A DNA stretch of 55,625 nucleotides from Bigelowiella natans CCMP2755 (taxonomy: Eukaryota > Protista > Cercozoa), in assembly GCA_000320545.1 (NCBI GenBank), contig ADNK01000635.1, positions 1 through 55,625 of the forward strand, read 5' to 3'. Made by a program: the position numbers and the translations under genes. Positions within the stretch are counted from its first letter, which is position 1. Every line of letters starts with the position of its first letter. Of the stretch, positions 11,292 through 25,260 are shown in pieces. The notes below the pieces were generated by a model. The model did not search any database and was not told the origin of the DNA. It worked only from the letters and a program-made list of their open reading frames with translations.

Positions 11292-14200
11292 TGTTCTGTG
11301 TGTGTGTGTAGTACAGAAAATCTCCACGTACAAAAATGAGGTAGTAGCATTATGATTAAGTGTCTGAGTAGTAATACTGTTCCACATACAGAATCTCTTC
11401 CTCCTTGGCTATTCGCTCCCTTTCCTTAAGATGATGGTCAACTTCATACGCTGGGAAACGTGCCGACCAAACAGGGTATATTCCCTCCGGGATTGCCTTA
11501 AAATCGAGCGGCTTTGGCTGGTCTTCCCGCATGCACTCCCGACGCAGGCGATAAGTTTCTGTGATGATTCTTGCCACACCTACCGTTGTTTCGCTACGAA
11601 GAAAGAGCTCGAGCTCATCAGTGGTTTCTATCGCTAAAAGGGCCTTGCGCGTGCACAACAGGAAGCTCACCGTAAACATCTCGTACCTGATGTTTATTGA
11701 TGATGATGATGATGATGGTGAAGATGGTGATGCGCATGGTAGCTTTACCATGGAAGTTTCAATGCTACCACTATTTATGTTGACAAACTCCGTCTGTCAT
11801 GCGTACATCTCACAGCCCCTCCCTACATTCTCCAACTTATTCACTTACCAGGCAGTGTCGTTGACGAATATATGGTCAAAGAGCTGAAGCCATGAATTTC
11901 GGCTAAACACGGTTGAAAACCCGGAACTCATCAGCTGCCATGCAACCTCGCCGATGCTCCATCCAAAATGCCGAAATTTGGCAGCAAGTCCGGGATCTCG
12001 AGATTTTACAAGATGGGACACGGTTGCGAGGAGGCTCACGGGTGGGTTGGGAAAGTATCTGAGGCATCGTCGCGCATTCATTTACACATTATTCATTGGT
12101 GAGGAGATAGGTGCAGAAATGTCAAGATTATGGTGTAGTGGTTATTTGAGATATTTTCTTCGCAATTGCCAACTTACTCGAACCACTCTCGTGCCCAGTT
12201 GTGCAGGAAGCTCATCACCACTTCCATCGTCTCCAAAGCAGAGGCCTGCCCTCCCATTAGATTCACGAAGGGGAACACCTGTGGCACAAAGATTGTTATT
12301 TGCTTGTTTTGATTCTAGTCGTTTTCTGTAATTTTGATTGACCAGGGTCGGAAGGAACTCCACTTCGCCAAAGAGTGGCGTCCAGTGCGCAAGACACGAC
12401 AAACAATTCTCTAGTCGCCGAAATAAACGGCTGTTAGAAATCGGGTACTTATTATGGAGATCTCTATACGCTGCATGTACTCCGCGATTTGTCAAGCTCG
12501 CATAGCACTCCTAGCATAGAGAAGAGATAAAGATGCAAAAGATTGTGGCGATCACATCAGACGATAAAATTTGATGAATTTAGACTATCTCTGTGATACA
12601 CTTCTTCTCACCATATTGTTTGGGGTTTTAAGCAAAAACCTCCAGATGAGGAATCGGTACTTTTTCGGAAATTCTCCAAGTGCGAGAAGAAGCTGCCTTA
12701 GTTTTTTTTCTGATACTATGTAGAGAAAGATTGAAAAAACGTGATTATTGCTAAGAATAAAAAGACGATGAATAAATTAAAGACAAATATTTGGTCTCGT
12801 TCATACGTGCACAGGTCGCTCAGAAGGGCTGGTTCGAGTAGAAAGTACACAGTTCGACTTAGATGTCGAGGCGGCACCACGCCAAACCTTGCTAAAATGG
12901 AAATATTTATTAAAATACAGACTACCAGGCAATATTCCCTCTGCAGCCTCGGCTAGATTGCTGGGTTTCTTCTTTGGCTTTCCCCGTTTAGTGTCCAGTC
13001 GCAGCCGTCGCGCCGCTGCTCCCCCCCCTTCCCGTGGATTTGAAGCAGAAACACCAGATTTCTCTTCAATCACTGGAAGGATACGACTGGAGGAAGGAAA
13101 CCGATCACCACGTACGCTGTCCCTAAAAAACCTACGTGCCTCAGTTTTGAACGCGAGCTCCAAGTCATGCAGCTGGATACTCCCATTAAAGACTAGTCCT
13201 GCCATGTACCTGATATTTTTCATACAGAATGTCATAAATGGGGGGAAATGGCAGAAGAGATACTGCTAAAAACTTGGGTGAACAAAAATATATGAGCGAA
13301 TTTCCTTCCTATTTACAAACCTAGCAGTAGGTGAAAAGGCGACAGCTACGAGCCCTGAAGACGACGACGACAGTGAAGAAACTCGCCCTTTTCGTCGTCC
13401 TTTCTCCCTAGTTCGGTCGCCATTACCTTTAGAGCAATCTCGATCGTCATTAGCACCATTGCTGCTATTGGCATCACCGTCAATACTGTCGCAGTTGTAC
13501 TCGGAATGAAGACACAACTCCATTCTATGCGCAGCCGCGTCAACAAACAGTATCTCCCCATTTGTACAGAGACATGCGAAAAGTCGCGAATTTGGGAGAA
13601 ACTCAAGCTGCTGCACCCCTCCACATGCGCGTGGCAAGGCGACAGCTTTATGTTCGAAGGGAAAAGGAGATGCTGCGCCATGACTGCTAGTAGTGGGAGC
13701 AGTAGCCCAGATACTAAGACAACCGGATTCCTTGTCCCCCCCCACAACAAACGTGCCATCGGAGGATATCGCAAAGGATGATAGACCAGCCGAGCGACCA
13801 CGAAGCAATTTTTCAACTTCACTTACCTGAATGACGAAGAATGAGTCAATAAGAACAAAGTAATCGAGCATATGTGTATTCATATATACATGTAAATACC
13901 TCGCTCCCAGGTAGCTGAAAGAGTTCTTTGAAAGTCTCCGTGTCCCATCCTTTGACCCCTTCGTCAGCAAAACAGGTAACGAGAATTTGGCCCTCCCCTG
14001 AGAAACGTGGCGTGCAGTGACGTGCTCCCATTGCCATAAGCGACTTCTTTCGTACCCACCCATTCCGATTGTTGCAGTCCCAGAGGATAAGACAATCTGG
14101 AGAGGACGTGTCGTTAGGGGAAATCGGTTTGCTAATCATACAATTGCCGGGATAGAAAGGTCTTCGCACACATAATTTTTTGTTCCCTTTCTTACTTTCC

Positions 14201-15203
14201 CTCTCACTTGAACGATTTTACATTGTTAACCCCCCCCCATTTCCTTCTCCTTTTCTCTATCCTTAATTTCACCATCATCGTAGCACTTTTGAGTCTCACA
14301 AATTCATTCCTTGTGAATTTCTGAACGGGCATACCTGAGGAGGTGGTGGCTGCCAGTAAACCGTTCGCACTTATTCGAATACCGAGGACTGCATGCTTGT
14401 GCCCTTTAATTGAGAAGTTCGGTATGTCTCTGCTTTTACTGCCACTACTATAACAATCAAGTGCCTGGATGGAACCATCCTCCATTCCAACAATGAGGCA
14501 AGTAGGACTTTCGAAGGTCAAGCTCGTAGGCTTGTTGCGTCTTCGTGAGGTGGCAGTGCGCTTCTTGTATGTTTTGCCAGATACTGTGGAGAGTAGAGAG
14601 TAAGAAGGAGGAGAGATGCTGTATGTTTCTGTGTGGGTGATAATGGCTGTTTATCACACAGTTCTAATTATTTTACACACATACATCGCTACATTGTAGA
14701 ATCTCCTTCCGGATATAAATAAGTTACGGTCTACACAATTTCTATCCAACCCCAGAAATAAGCTTCTCTCCCCCCATTCTTTCAATTAGATAGACTGTTA
14801 CCCTTTTTTCCTTCTGTTGGAACAAGGTTGAGGCTGCTATACCGATTTTCCTTTACACGGAAGATATAGATGTGGCCATTCGAATCGAGTCCAGCGAATT
14901 TATCGCCGGATGGGCTGAATGCCACTTCTTTGAAACGCCTGCGCTGACCATCCTTCCCCAAATCATCTTGCGAGAGAATCGTGAAAAGACCTAGACGATG
15001 GTAATTAGAAGAACCACAGCAAAAACATCTCAGACAAAACGAGTAAAATCGTCAGAACCCTTAATACCTGTCTTCTTATCGAAGCGTGGAGCCTTTTGCC
15101 ATATGCGCCCAGTATTAAGCACCACTCGCACCCTTTCCGGGCGAGTCTGGTTATGATTGGAAGATTGATTATCATTTGAGCTGGGGCAAGGGAAGGCAGG
15201 CAT
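10646..15203 (-). CDS. TBC1D31: TBC1 domain family member 31 (WDR67): WD40 repeats + Rab-GAP TBC-like domain + C-terminal coiled coil (multi-exon)
   Basis: WD40 exons (GHKHAVLGIRISANGLLAATTSS; CLILWD; SFAISSDGTFVVGG). TBC31-type exons LLALGEFPKKYRFLIWRFLL, YPISNSRLFRRLENCLSCLAHWTPLFGEVEFLP and YFPNPP...VAWQLMSSGFSTVFSRNSWLQLFDHIF. Coiled-coil exon 10646-11050. Start codon is a best guess. Confidence 0.85.
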
Positions 15204-15776
15204 GGGAGGGGTAGAAGGAGACCTGCATGTTTTCCGCGCCAAGCCGTTTGGTTTTTGACATATTTTGTCACCCGAAATAAATAAATTGACAAATAAAAAT
15301 AAAGCGTAGGTATATTCCCAGAAATTTCTACTTTGTGTGGAGTCAACCTAAACTGTAATCGCTTTTATAAGTGCGACAGAGAAAAATTGGCAGGCGTCCA
15401 ACACGTATGAGAACACCTCGCACGTTCAGAATTCAAAGATCAGTTGCTAGATTTATCGAGGAGAACAGAATAAGCAAAATATGCAAGATTGAATCTGATT
15501 TCCTAGTCTGGATCTCACAGATGTTGTCGTCTATCTTTAAATCCCATTGATAGATCCAGTCGGCTACTAATTGTAAAGCTTGAAAATTCACTGTTCGTTT
15601 AAGACAACTCCCCCGACAGCCAGGCCAAACATTTCTCATGCAGGCATCATCGGTGGATGTCGTTGATATCGACGTAGAGGCGCGAACAATAGGAACGTTT
15701 CCAGCGCCTGCGTGTAGCATCGGCGAAGAGGGTGCGATCATTGTCACCACAAATGACAGAGTTCCAACTAATTTGA

Positions 15777-17236
15777 ATGGTTCTTTTTCAAGTCGGAAAA
15801 TCAGGCAATGGCAGCCACGTAGAAACGATATCAGATGGCGCTCAAGAAATCCTCAGTTGTAATCACCATTGTAGCCATGCTGATCGAGGTCCCGTAAATT
15901 CAGTGGCTGTAGTAGCAGACAACTCGCTGCTCTGGGATTCCTGGAGGCTATGGCTGCCTTACGCTACAGTTTCTGACGTCCTCGCCCTATCCACACTTTC
16001 ACGGGGGTTGTATCATCGAATTCACATTGATGGGTACTAACATATACCTGCCCACTTCAACTGAAAAAATGAAATAAATCGACAAATGTATTGCATCCGA
16101 GATGATTTTACAAAACCCGTGTTATTCGTATCATTGCAGCATCAAATTATGGCAACAACTCTGTCGGCGCTTTAGGATTCCCATCATTCGGCATCGACAT
16201 CTACAAATCGCACCTGGGGCCGTTTCTTTTCTAATGTCCTCTGCCACAGAGAAGCACGTGCTGAGCACACTGAAGTGTATGGTGCGTGATCATATCACTC
16301 ATAAGTGGGACAAAGGGCTGTTGCGCTCTAAAAGCCGCGTAGCACGAAGTGGTCAACGGTTCAAGATGCAAGTGCACGCTCGCTTTCGACCCTCCCCTCC
16401 AGAATCTGTCAATTTTGAGAAGAGAGGCAGCGGTCATAATGCAGCGCTGCCGTCTCCAGCTCGGAGATCATCTCTAATTCAAATTGGCAAGGATGCGGAA
16501 GGAAAGGATGCTGTGTATATTGCTGTGCCTGATAAAAAGCGAGCTGCTGTAGCACTGACCAGGCGAGCTCAGCAAAGCCAAAAGAACTTTAGGGTAGCTA
16601 GCAGCACAACTAGACACTCTACCGCAAGGAGGAAGAGAAATAGTACTGGTTCTGCAAAAATTACTATGGCGAGTAGTCGAGCATCCAGGAATGACTCGAA
16701 AGCCTCCAACAATGTTAGGAATATGAAGAGGATATCACGTGCTACTATATATTCATCCCACTCTTTCAAGAAGATCCAGTCGGAAACACCGCAGCAGCAG
16801 ATGCTTCCCCCACCGAAGGAAAAGCAACAGCCTGCCACAAACAACGAACGACGTGTGTTTGTGTTTCCCAATGGATCTATCTTGACGGCAGATGCAACTC
16901 AAGACCAGGTGATAAACGCTTGTCTTTTACGAGAGAGAAATAGAGTAAGAGAGAGGGGGCAAGAGAGGGGGAGGAGGGGGGGAGGGGGAGGGAAGAAGGA
17001 AAGAGATTATCGAGGATAAATCTAAACCACATATCAATAATGGGTATGTAGATGTATAGGCAAGTTGCAGCGCGGAACGTGGCTGAAGTGAGTGCAGGGA
17101 GATCAGCTTGCATCTTCGTCTATGGCCAGACAGGATCAGGTACAAAGAGTAATAATAACACACACGGTGATTATAGTAGAGTTGATGATAAGTACTCGTG
17201 TTCATACTCAACATTGATCCTACACTTCCTCCTCGC

Positions 17237-17284
<48 letters not shown>

Positions 17285-18832
17285 TCTCCCTCTCTCCCTT
17301 CCTCCGCGCACGCATGCGTATGTGTCTCTGCGTTGTTTCTCCGAATTCATTCCAGGAAAAACACATGCAATGGTGGGGCCCAGCGGTCAGTACAACTGAC
17401 TCACAAGCGTGAGGTCGGAGGAAGGCATCATCCAACGTGCCTTTCGTCAGTTGTTTGCAGAGCTCTCCACCGATCCAGATGTGGAGTGGACGATGCGCAT
17501 GCAGTTTGTGGAACTGTAAGTACATGTAAATGAATGATAAGCGCAAAAATAAATAGTAGCAATGCTTTCGCTGTTCTTAAATTAGTGAGAATGATAAAAT
17601 CAGAGGTAGTTGAGAACTCATATTTTATTTCCTCGAATTCTCTTTAGAAACACCGCCTGCTACTGCTTCTCTTTGATAGAGAAACTATTAAACGATGATA
17701 CTCACAATCATGTAATAATACACAGCTATAACGAGACCGTGAGGGACCTGCTCGGCGATGTGACTTTACATGGAAAAGAGGGCAAGAGAGGAGCCGATGG
17801 GTTAGGTGGAAGAGAAGCAGAAGCGCGCGTGAAGAATAGGAGGTCTCACGATGAACATCGGTATGACGACGACTACGACGAATATGAACGGAAGAACGGC
17901 AACATCAAGAGGTTTAAGATGCGGCCAGGAACAATCGGAATGACGTTTGAAGGTAATAATAGGGAACTACTTTGATGCAGCAGAAGTGCAGTGTCAATAT
18001 GCGGCACGTGGTGTGCCCTTTCCGATTTGTGTTTGTGTGAGGAAGAGGAGGAGGAGGAGGAGGAGGAGAAGTGTGTGCGTTTAAAGACACACGTATACCA
18101 TACATGCGAACACAAATTCCATAGATCGCACGCCATCATGATCGGTATAGTGGTTGATGAGGAAGACGCGTCCGCAACAACTCAGGCACTCGCATAACGG
18201 GAGTGTCTCGCTGCAAGCGCTCCCAGGCGAGGACTCACGGCATCAAACGCGGTTGGTCGATTCTCTCAGTGGGAGATGCTCCAGTTGAGACCGAGGAGGA
18301 AATATGTCATTGGTAATGGAAACAGAATCTTAAGTTATTGCGGGGGGGTGGGTCGCCAATCATGCGCCATTGTTAGAAATCCTACGTATCCCTTCCTTTT
18401 CCTTTTAAACGTATCTCTATAAAGCGTATACGCTATCCTTGTATTATTACCTTGTTCATCATCGTCGTCATCATCATCATCCTCATCGTTATTCACCTTT
18501 TCCTCCCCCCTCCTCCCTCCAGGATTGATCACTACAATGAGAGGAAAGAGTGCTTTATCCTTCGAGTAGACAGCTCCACCACCACAACCGCTACTTCTGA
18601 ACAAGAAAGAGGAGGAGGAGAGCCAGGAAGAGGCAATAGTTTGGTAGATAAAGATGACAGAAGAAGGCCAGGTTAAGAATGAACGCATATATCCCCATCG
18701 TTGTCGTCGTCGTAGTATCCAGCTCTATCATATTCCCCAGTTGTATTTCACCTTTCTCTTCTTTTTCTTCTATATCCACCAACTCTCCTTTATCTTCTTT
18801 TACTACCACCCAAGTCCAAACCTTTTCCTCAC

Positions 18833-18892
<60 letters not shown>

Positions 18893-19441
18893 TCTACAAC
18901 GTGAACAGGGCTCTGCGGCTTGGTCCGCGCACATAGAAATGCAGAGATATGTGCAGATGCCGCATGGAGGCCAGTGGATAACCTTCAAACTGCATTTCGA
19001 ACCCTCAGAGAAGGTAATGGATAATGAGTGTAAAAACAAGCAACCATGCATTAAGAAAGGCACTTAAAGGCGTCCTCCCTAACAGATACATCGTCATTTT
19101 GGTTGGAACGATAGACTTCGTTAATCGTTGGTGCTGAATTGTTTTTTTTTTTATTAAAGCAATTAAAATCAGCCATTTTCATGGGTGCATTCTAACGCTG
19201 TCATTTGTCGTCTACCAACAGCATATATTTTGTCATCACAGTCCAAATTTAACTATATTGACCTCTCCAGGCAGCCATCGTCGCACTATAGCGTCTACAG
19301 CGATGAATTCTCGTAGCTCTCGGTCGCACACAATTCTAAACATTCGAGTAGCACAGACAAACGCACGGTATCCTGGGGTGACCTTGAGATCGGACCTCGT
19401 CCTTGTCGATCTAGCGGGTTCCGAGCGACAGAGCAAGTCTA

Positions 19442-19479
<38 letters not shown>

Positions 19480-20166
19480 TTAGTAGCAGTAGCAGTGGTA
19501 TTGTAATCCCTACCGGTTATTTGGCACTTTATTGGTGGTGGTAATGGTGGTGGTGACAACTACAGGAATAACTCGAGAACAGGACATCTCACCTCATCTC
19601 ACACGCACACTACTACTCCCATGCTGCTCTCGTTTCCAGTCCCACATCATCATCATCATCATCATCATCATCATTATCATAACCATCATCATCGTCATTA
19701 TCGTCATCAACACCACACACCGTCACTGCTGCTAGGTGATAAAGGGGGCACGTCTAAAGGAACTTAAGAACATCAACCTCTCCCTGCACACCTTAGAGCA
19801 TTGCATGCTAAACCTATCTCGAGGCGAGCACGCTCCCTTCCGGCAATCGTGTCTCACAAGGCTGCTAGAAAGCAGCCTCAACGGTCGGACTCAGACCTCC
19901 ATGCTGGTTACGTGTGCTTCGAATGCGCGCAATCTCCCCGAGAGTCGCGGCACGCTACTGTTTGCAGAAAGGGCTGGAGCTGTCCGGAGCAAGGCAAATG
20001 CGACCCTCGTCGCTGCTCGGTATAAGCTCGAGAGGATTAAGAAGCAGTACTGGATGGAGAGGAAGCGTGCGAGGGGCTTCTATCTTACTGACGATCATGG
20101 GTGAAGATAATCAGTAGTTTACAGCCGTAGTAGGATGGGCGAGCTGCGACCTCCGTACTGCATGTT

Positions 20167-20234
<68 letters not shown>

Positions 20235-20392
20235 GGCATGTTCAGTTCTCAATATTCACTCCATGTTGTGTGTCATAACTTAGGTACCTAGATCTTCCTG
20301 AGTTTAAATCACAGATGCGGCGTCTCCAAATTCTCCAACGGAAACACCGAGCCTCTATGAAGCCCTTCATACAGAACAGAAGAGCAACATGA
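15777..20392 (+). CDS. Kinesin motor-domain protein with N-terminal F-box-like segment and large motor insertions (multi-exon)
   Basis: VHARFRP; P-loop YGQTGSG|KT split by an intron; VEL|YNETVRDLL; switch I MNSRSSRSH; switch II LVDLAGSER; NINLSL; HAPFRQSCLTRLLESSLNG; ESRGTLLFAERA. Last exon YLDLPEF...RRAT* ends at 20392. 5' end uncertain (may start ~15500-15780). Confidence 0.85.
18835..18892. repeat. Compound (TA)n(TG)n microsatellite; representative of dozens of intronic (CA)n, (TA)n, (GA)n, (TAG)n, (CAT)n and (AAC)n tracts
   Basis: Direct reading. Similar compound tracts at ~1990-2066, 20170-20232 and 40809-40881. Confidence 0.95.
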
Positions 20393-21293
20393 TTACAATC
20401 CGAACAAAAGTCGATCGCCCAGTCGCATCTACCCTTGCATGTATCTGCAGAATGACTTTTAAATTAAAGTTATAAAGTGATTTGTAAGCCTTTCGTCGCC
20501 GCAACTCTTCCACGGTGCCGTCAGTTGATAATGAAGTTATTGTGTTGTCCATCTCAGTGTTCCAGGCAGCTCAATATGCGCAATCCAAGCGCATGTGTTG
20601 TGCCTTCGATCACGGGGCTGTGAGTCTGTATAATGTCCTATTACTATCTGGTTTTCGCTGGACATTGTCGCCTGCTATGCATGCATAGGAACACACATAT
20701 ATATATGTCCAGATATACACATACATTTGGATGCATGTGCCATGCTATACATGGGTAGTACAATTCCAGGTTGCGCTTTGTATTGTATACTAATACGCAA
20801 GCGCCCAAAATAGGTTGCATACACAGCCATTCTACGCTCATTATAAAAGTGCGAGTGATACAGCACCATTAAATGACCGAGCTTATTATTGAATGCCATC
20901 GCGATGTATCTAGGTATGTCTGGTTGTTGTATTTATGCAAGGACACATGCGCTATATAGCTACATGAGGATGCCATTGAACAAATTTAATTGATTCATTG
21001 CATCCGTCTTACATGCGCTATCTTGTTATGTGTACGATTCTATGCATAAGGGGGTGTTTCTCATTTAATCATATATCGTGCTAACAGCGCAACAAATAGT
21101 TACATGAGAGTCGCTGCCACATAATTTTTGCAATCATGCGCCCTCGAACACGTATATATTACATATATGCCTTGAGGTTTCCCAACGCTACGTGCTAGCG
21201 TGTACCCCCAAGGTGATACATTTCATATCGCAGCTTTGATACAATCATCCAACCTTGCTTCGTACACGAAGGTCCGCGCATTGTGATAGTGTG

Positions 21294-24200
21294 CTACTGC
21301 TTCCTCCAGCTCCATTTGCTTTTGTCTAATTTGGGCTTTGCGTAAACGTCCTCCACGGGGATGGATATCTCGATATTGTATGGTTCTATTAATCGAGCAA
21401 CATAGATGCTCACTCCATGTAGACTGCTCGGATTTTCCAACTCAGGACCCCTGAAAACAAGGCGAATGAAGGATATATCTACTCCATACTTTAAACACAA
21501 ATTCTTCTTCATCTTCGCCCACAAATCGTTCTTCACGTTGGTGAACGAATACAAGTGCATCGGCCACCATCTGATGCTGCCGGTTCTGTCCTTACAGACA
21601 CCCAGCGGGTTGTCGCGGGGTGCCAACTCTAGCAGACTTGATACGTGCTGCTTTCCGATCTTCATCTCGTTGTTGCACACGAGATACTTCGCTTGTATCT
21701 GCTGATTGTCATCGTACTCCTTCCCAATTCGTAGGTCGGCGAGAGCGCTCAGATTCGCCCCTGAGCTACTCTTGGACCGAATGTATGCTAGTTTCTGCTC
21801 AAGGATGTAGAGGATTCTCTCGAATACCTGCTTGTACCGTCTAGCACCGCTATGAGCGTTCCAATGAACACGAGACCTCCAGGGAGTAGATTTTCTCTCC
21901 CCGGGAGCAATGCTGTGCGTCCCAGTCTTCTTCCTCGTAGGCGGCGGCTGCTGCTGCTCTCTTCTCATGTAGGACGCCCTTGGTGGGATATACTTTCGAG
22001 GCTCTTGCGGTTTTGAAGGAAGTGGAGACTGTTGTGACGATGACCACCGGGACAGCAGCTTCCCTTTTCTTTCTCCCCGATTTGGTTGCAACGCTACTAC
22101 CGTTGGTTTGATTGGTTTTGTTCGAAGCCTTGCCGCTTCTACGTTCTGGAGCCCCTTTCTTGCTTGGCGGTGCCCCACATCGTCTGCGAGCTGGAAGTAG
22201 TGCTGCGCTTTGTCCAGATCTATTTCTACTCCACCATCACCATAAAGATAGTAGTTCCCCGTTGGCACATACGCGAATATGTTGCCCAAGTCAGCTGCAC
22301 GTTTGAATAGATCGAATGCCTCCTTCGTAGCAGCATATTGCGGTGATTCAGAAGCGCCAGTGGTTTCTTTCAAATTACTCTCTACCACCCACCCAAGGAA
22401 GCATATTCCGTACGCATCTCCTTCCTTGGCCGCTCTTTCCCACATTTCTTCATTCTTTCTCCGGTCTTTTTCCAACCCCCCCCACCCATTTCCGTAGCAG
22501 TACGCCACGGCAGGAGTGTAATTCTCCTTCATCGCATCGACTATAAGCTTATCCCCAAGGCGGCGATTGATCCGCCTGTTAATGCCCCATCGGTGCAACA
22601 TGCCATCATGAAACATCAATGCTCCCTTTGTTTCAGGGCTTCCAGGACACCCTTTCCCTAATACTCCTCCTAACACTACTCGTTGCTTCGCAACCAACGG
22701 TCTGTTACGTTTAATTTCAACTCGCTCATTCTTCGATCGATATTCTCCGCTGCGATCTTTGGGCTTCTCGCTGCCTTTAAGTACTGCCTTTGCCGCCAAC
22801 TCGTCGTTCAATTCTTTTGAGTGGATTTGCTGTGGTCTTCTTGGTCTTGCATCTGGATGATGCAGTTTCTCTTCAACGGGTACGCACCCAACATACGAGT
22901 TTTCTGTCTCCTTCCTATTCAAACCCGTATCGTTTGGATTATTTGTCTCTGCTACTGGCCCCGATGATATGCATCCAACATATAACGAATCCCTCTGTCT
23001 TCTTCCCATTAAGTTTGTGGTCGTCTCCATCATCATTATCACCACCACAGAGTCGTACTCCTCCCTGCTGTCCTACTCTGCTCTTATGACCCCCATTCTT
23101 CTTCCTGTCTTGATGTGCTAGCTTTTTACCTTTCACTCGTTCAGGATTCTTACGAGATCGAAAGTCATCCTGATCTCCTCTCACGTCTCCAGCTCTTCTA
23201 TCCTCCGCTTTCTGCTTCCCCTCCGCCCGGCTTTCTTCAGTCAAGATTTGAACAGTATCCTCCCAGCTTCCAATGTCCTCCTGGAGACAACGGACGACAT
23301 CCTTTGCAACGGGGCGTTCCTTGCCCTCGTGTGATAGGCACGATTCGAGCAGATTCATTTGCAAGCGAGTGACTTTCTCCGACGGGGGGGCTTCCAAGCG
23401 AAGCTTGCCAGTGCGTATCATGTAGATGCCCCTCGACGCGTCGATCCCGCTGTGAGGTTTTTGTCCGTCTGTTAGAACCTCCCACATTGTCACTCCGACC
23501 ATGTACATGTCTGAAGATGACGTGAACACGCCTTTCCTGAATGGAGGTGTCGGTTCATCGAAAGACTCGGGTGCAGTCCATGCCCAGGCCGTTGTGGCGC
23601 GGTTGTTTCCGTAATAACCTTTTTTCCTTAAAAGTCTTTGGACCGCATGCAAAAGGGGGGGAACGGTGGGAAAAGATTAGCTGTGTCAACGTGGGGTGAG
23701 GTTGGGTAGATGCACATAAGAATGACTAAGTTTACAGGCGCAGTGACCAAATTTTTCTTTTGAAAATAATCAAGAGCAGGGAAATGCTCTGCTGTATCGG
23801 AATTCTCTACTCATGTACATGTGTTCCAATCCAATGAGTAATAAGGATAATATACTTATCGCCTCGACCTCGATAAGCCATAATCTGATAGTACGGCAGT
23901 GCCGTTTCCCCTGATCAAAATGTTTCTTGTCGCAATGTCTCTATGAATTATGTTCCTATTGTGTAGGTAGCTGAGGCCTTCGCACACATCAATGAAGAGA
24001 TTGTGGTAGACGTGCCGCCGCTTGAAATCTCCCCCCTTCGATAGCAACATTTTGAGATCTCCCCTGGAACAGTGCTCTGTCAACAAGCATGGTTTCCTGT
24101 CCAAATTGACGAAGCCCATGAGTTTTAACACGTTTTTGTGCTCCCCAGCTGCCAAGAGAGCCAGTGCCTCTTTTCTCACTTCTTTGTACGAGACTTTCCC

Positions 24201-24452
24201 GTTCGGAACCTTAATTACGACGTCCGCCTTGCGACCACTCGCAAATGTGACCTTACCTTTGTAAGTGTGGCCGAAGTTACCTGTCCCCAACTCTTTCCCC
24301 TTCTCCACTTGATCAGGAAGAAACAACCAATCTTGGTCCTCATCGTCCAGTTCTTTTTCCTCGTCCTCGTCATTCACAGGCGCCTTCCCCCTATTAGATT
24401 GGCTTCCATCATCATCATCATCCGTTACATCAAACAGCTGTCTCTGCATCAT
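21294..24452 (-). CDS. Tyrosine-kinase-type protein kinase + Sel1-like repeats + ubiquitin-like C-terminal segment; apparent 1-nt frameshift at ~22992 (pseudogene or assembly error)
   Basis: LGTGNFG, VVIK, HRDIATRN, DYGLSR | intron ~23645-23862 | WAWTAPES, SDMYMVGVTMWE, RP. Sel1-like GNYYLYGDGGVEIDLDKAQHYFQLA. Ubl-like LKYGVDISFIRLVFRGPELE. Possible further 5' exons to ~25200 could not be joined cleanly. Confidence 0.8.
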
Positions 24453-25260
24453 GATCTGATCGAGTCGGCCTCATCCACGCTTAGAAATTTCTTCTTCACG
24501 AGCCGCGCTTATCTAGATTATCGCTCGTCAATGACCTTGTCGTAGCATCAAAATCCCATGTGTTATCCAAAATCGGTGATGTTGTCGTAGGACCTAAATC
24601 ACATGTGTTGCAATCCAATTCGGTCGAAGGGCTGTCTCGTGAGGAGTTTTCCGAGACCTTTACTTCTGAGTCGAACCTACAAAAATTCAGCGAATCTAGT
24701 GAATTAAATGGAAGAAAGCATGACGCAGCAGGTAAATTCAATAGCTTTTTTGGAAGTTGTTAGGAAATGCCGGGATTTTGGCAAGAATCGCCAACAAACC
24801 TCGATTTGTGCTCCTTTCGATCCCGACTCCTCTCCTCTCTTTGTATCTTGACCCGATTGTTCGTTGAGGCCGACCTCGCCTACACACTCACTGTCCACGC
24901 CTTTGGACAGAAGGAGCACAATGGATGGTAGTGAATGAGTTGTATTAATTTTGGTGCGCAAATCGTGCTCCTCCTTACACGGTGATGTCACGTAATCGTT
25001 CAATACCCACCTCAGTGTACGATGACCTTGAAGAGGAAGCTTGGTTCTGCACCTCCTGCCCTGTCAAAGTAGTTTTGTAGGCATAGAGTGGGCTCTCCTG
25101 TACCTTCTAGGCATCCCCGTAAATTCCCAAACTTGTCCTTTCTTATCATCGCGTGGTAGGTAAAAAATACGGGGCCGACGTGCATTCTCTGTGGGGCCGA
25201 GAACACAGCTGGCGAGTAATATAGTCACCAATAATATAATAGTAACAGCAAAATCCCATC

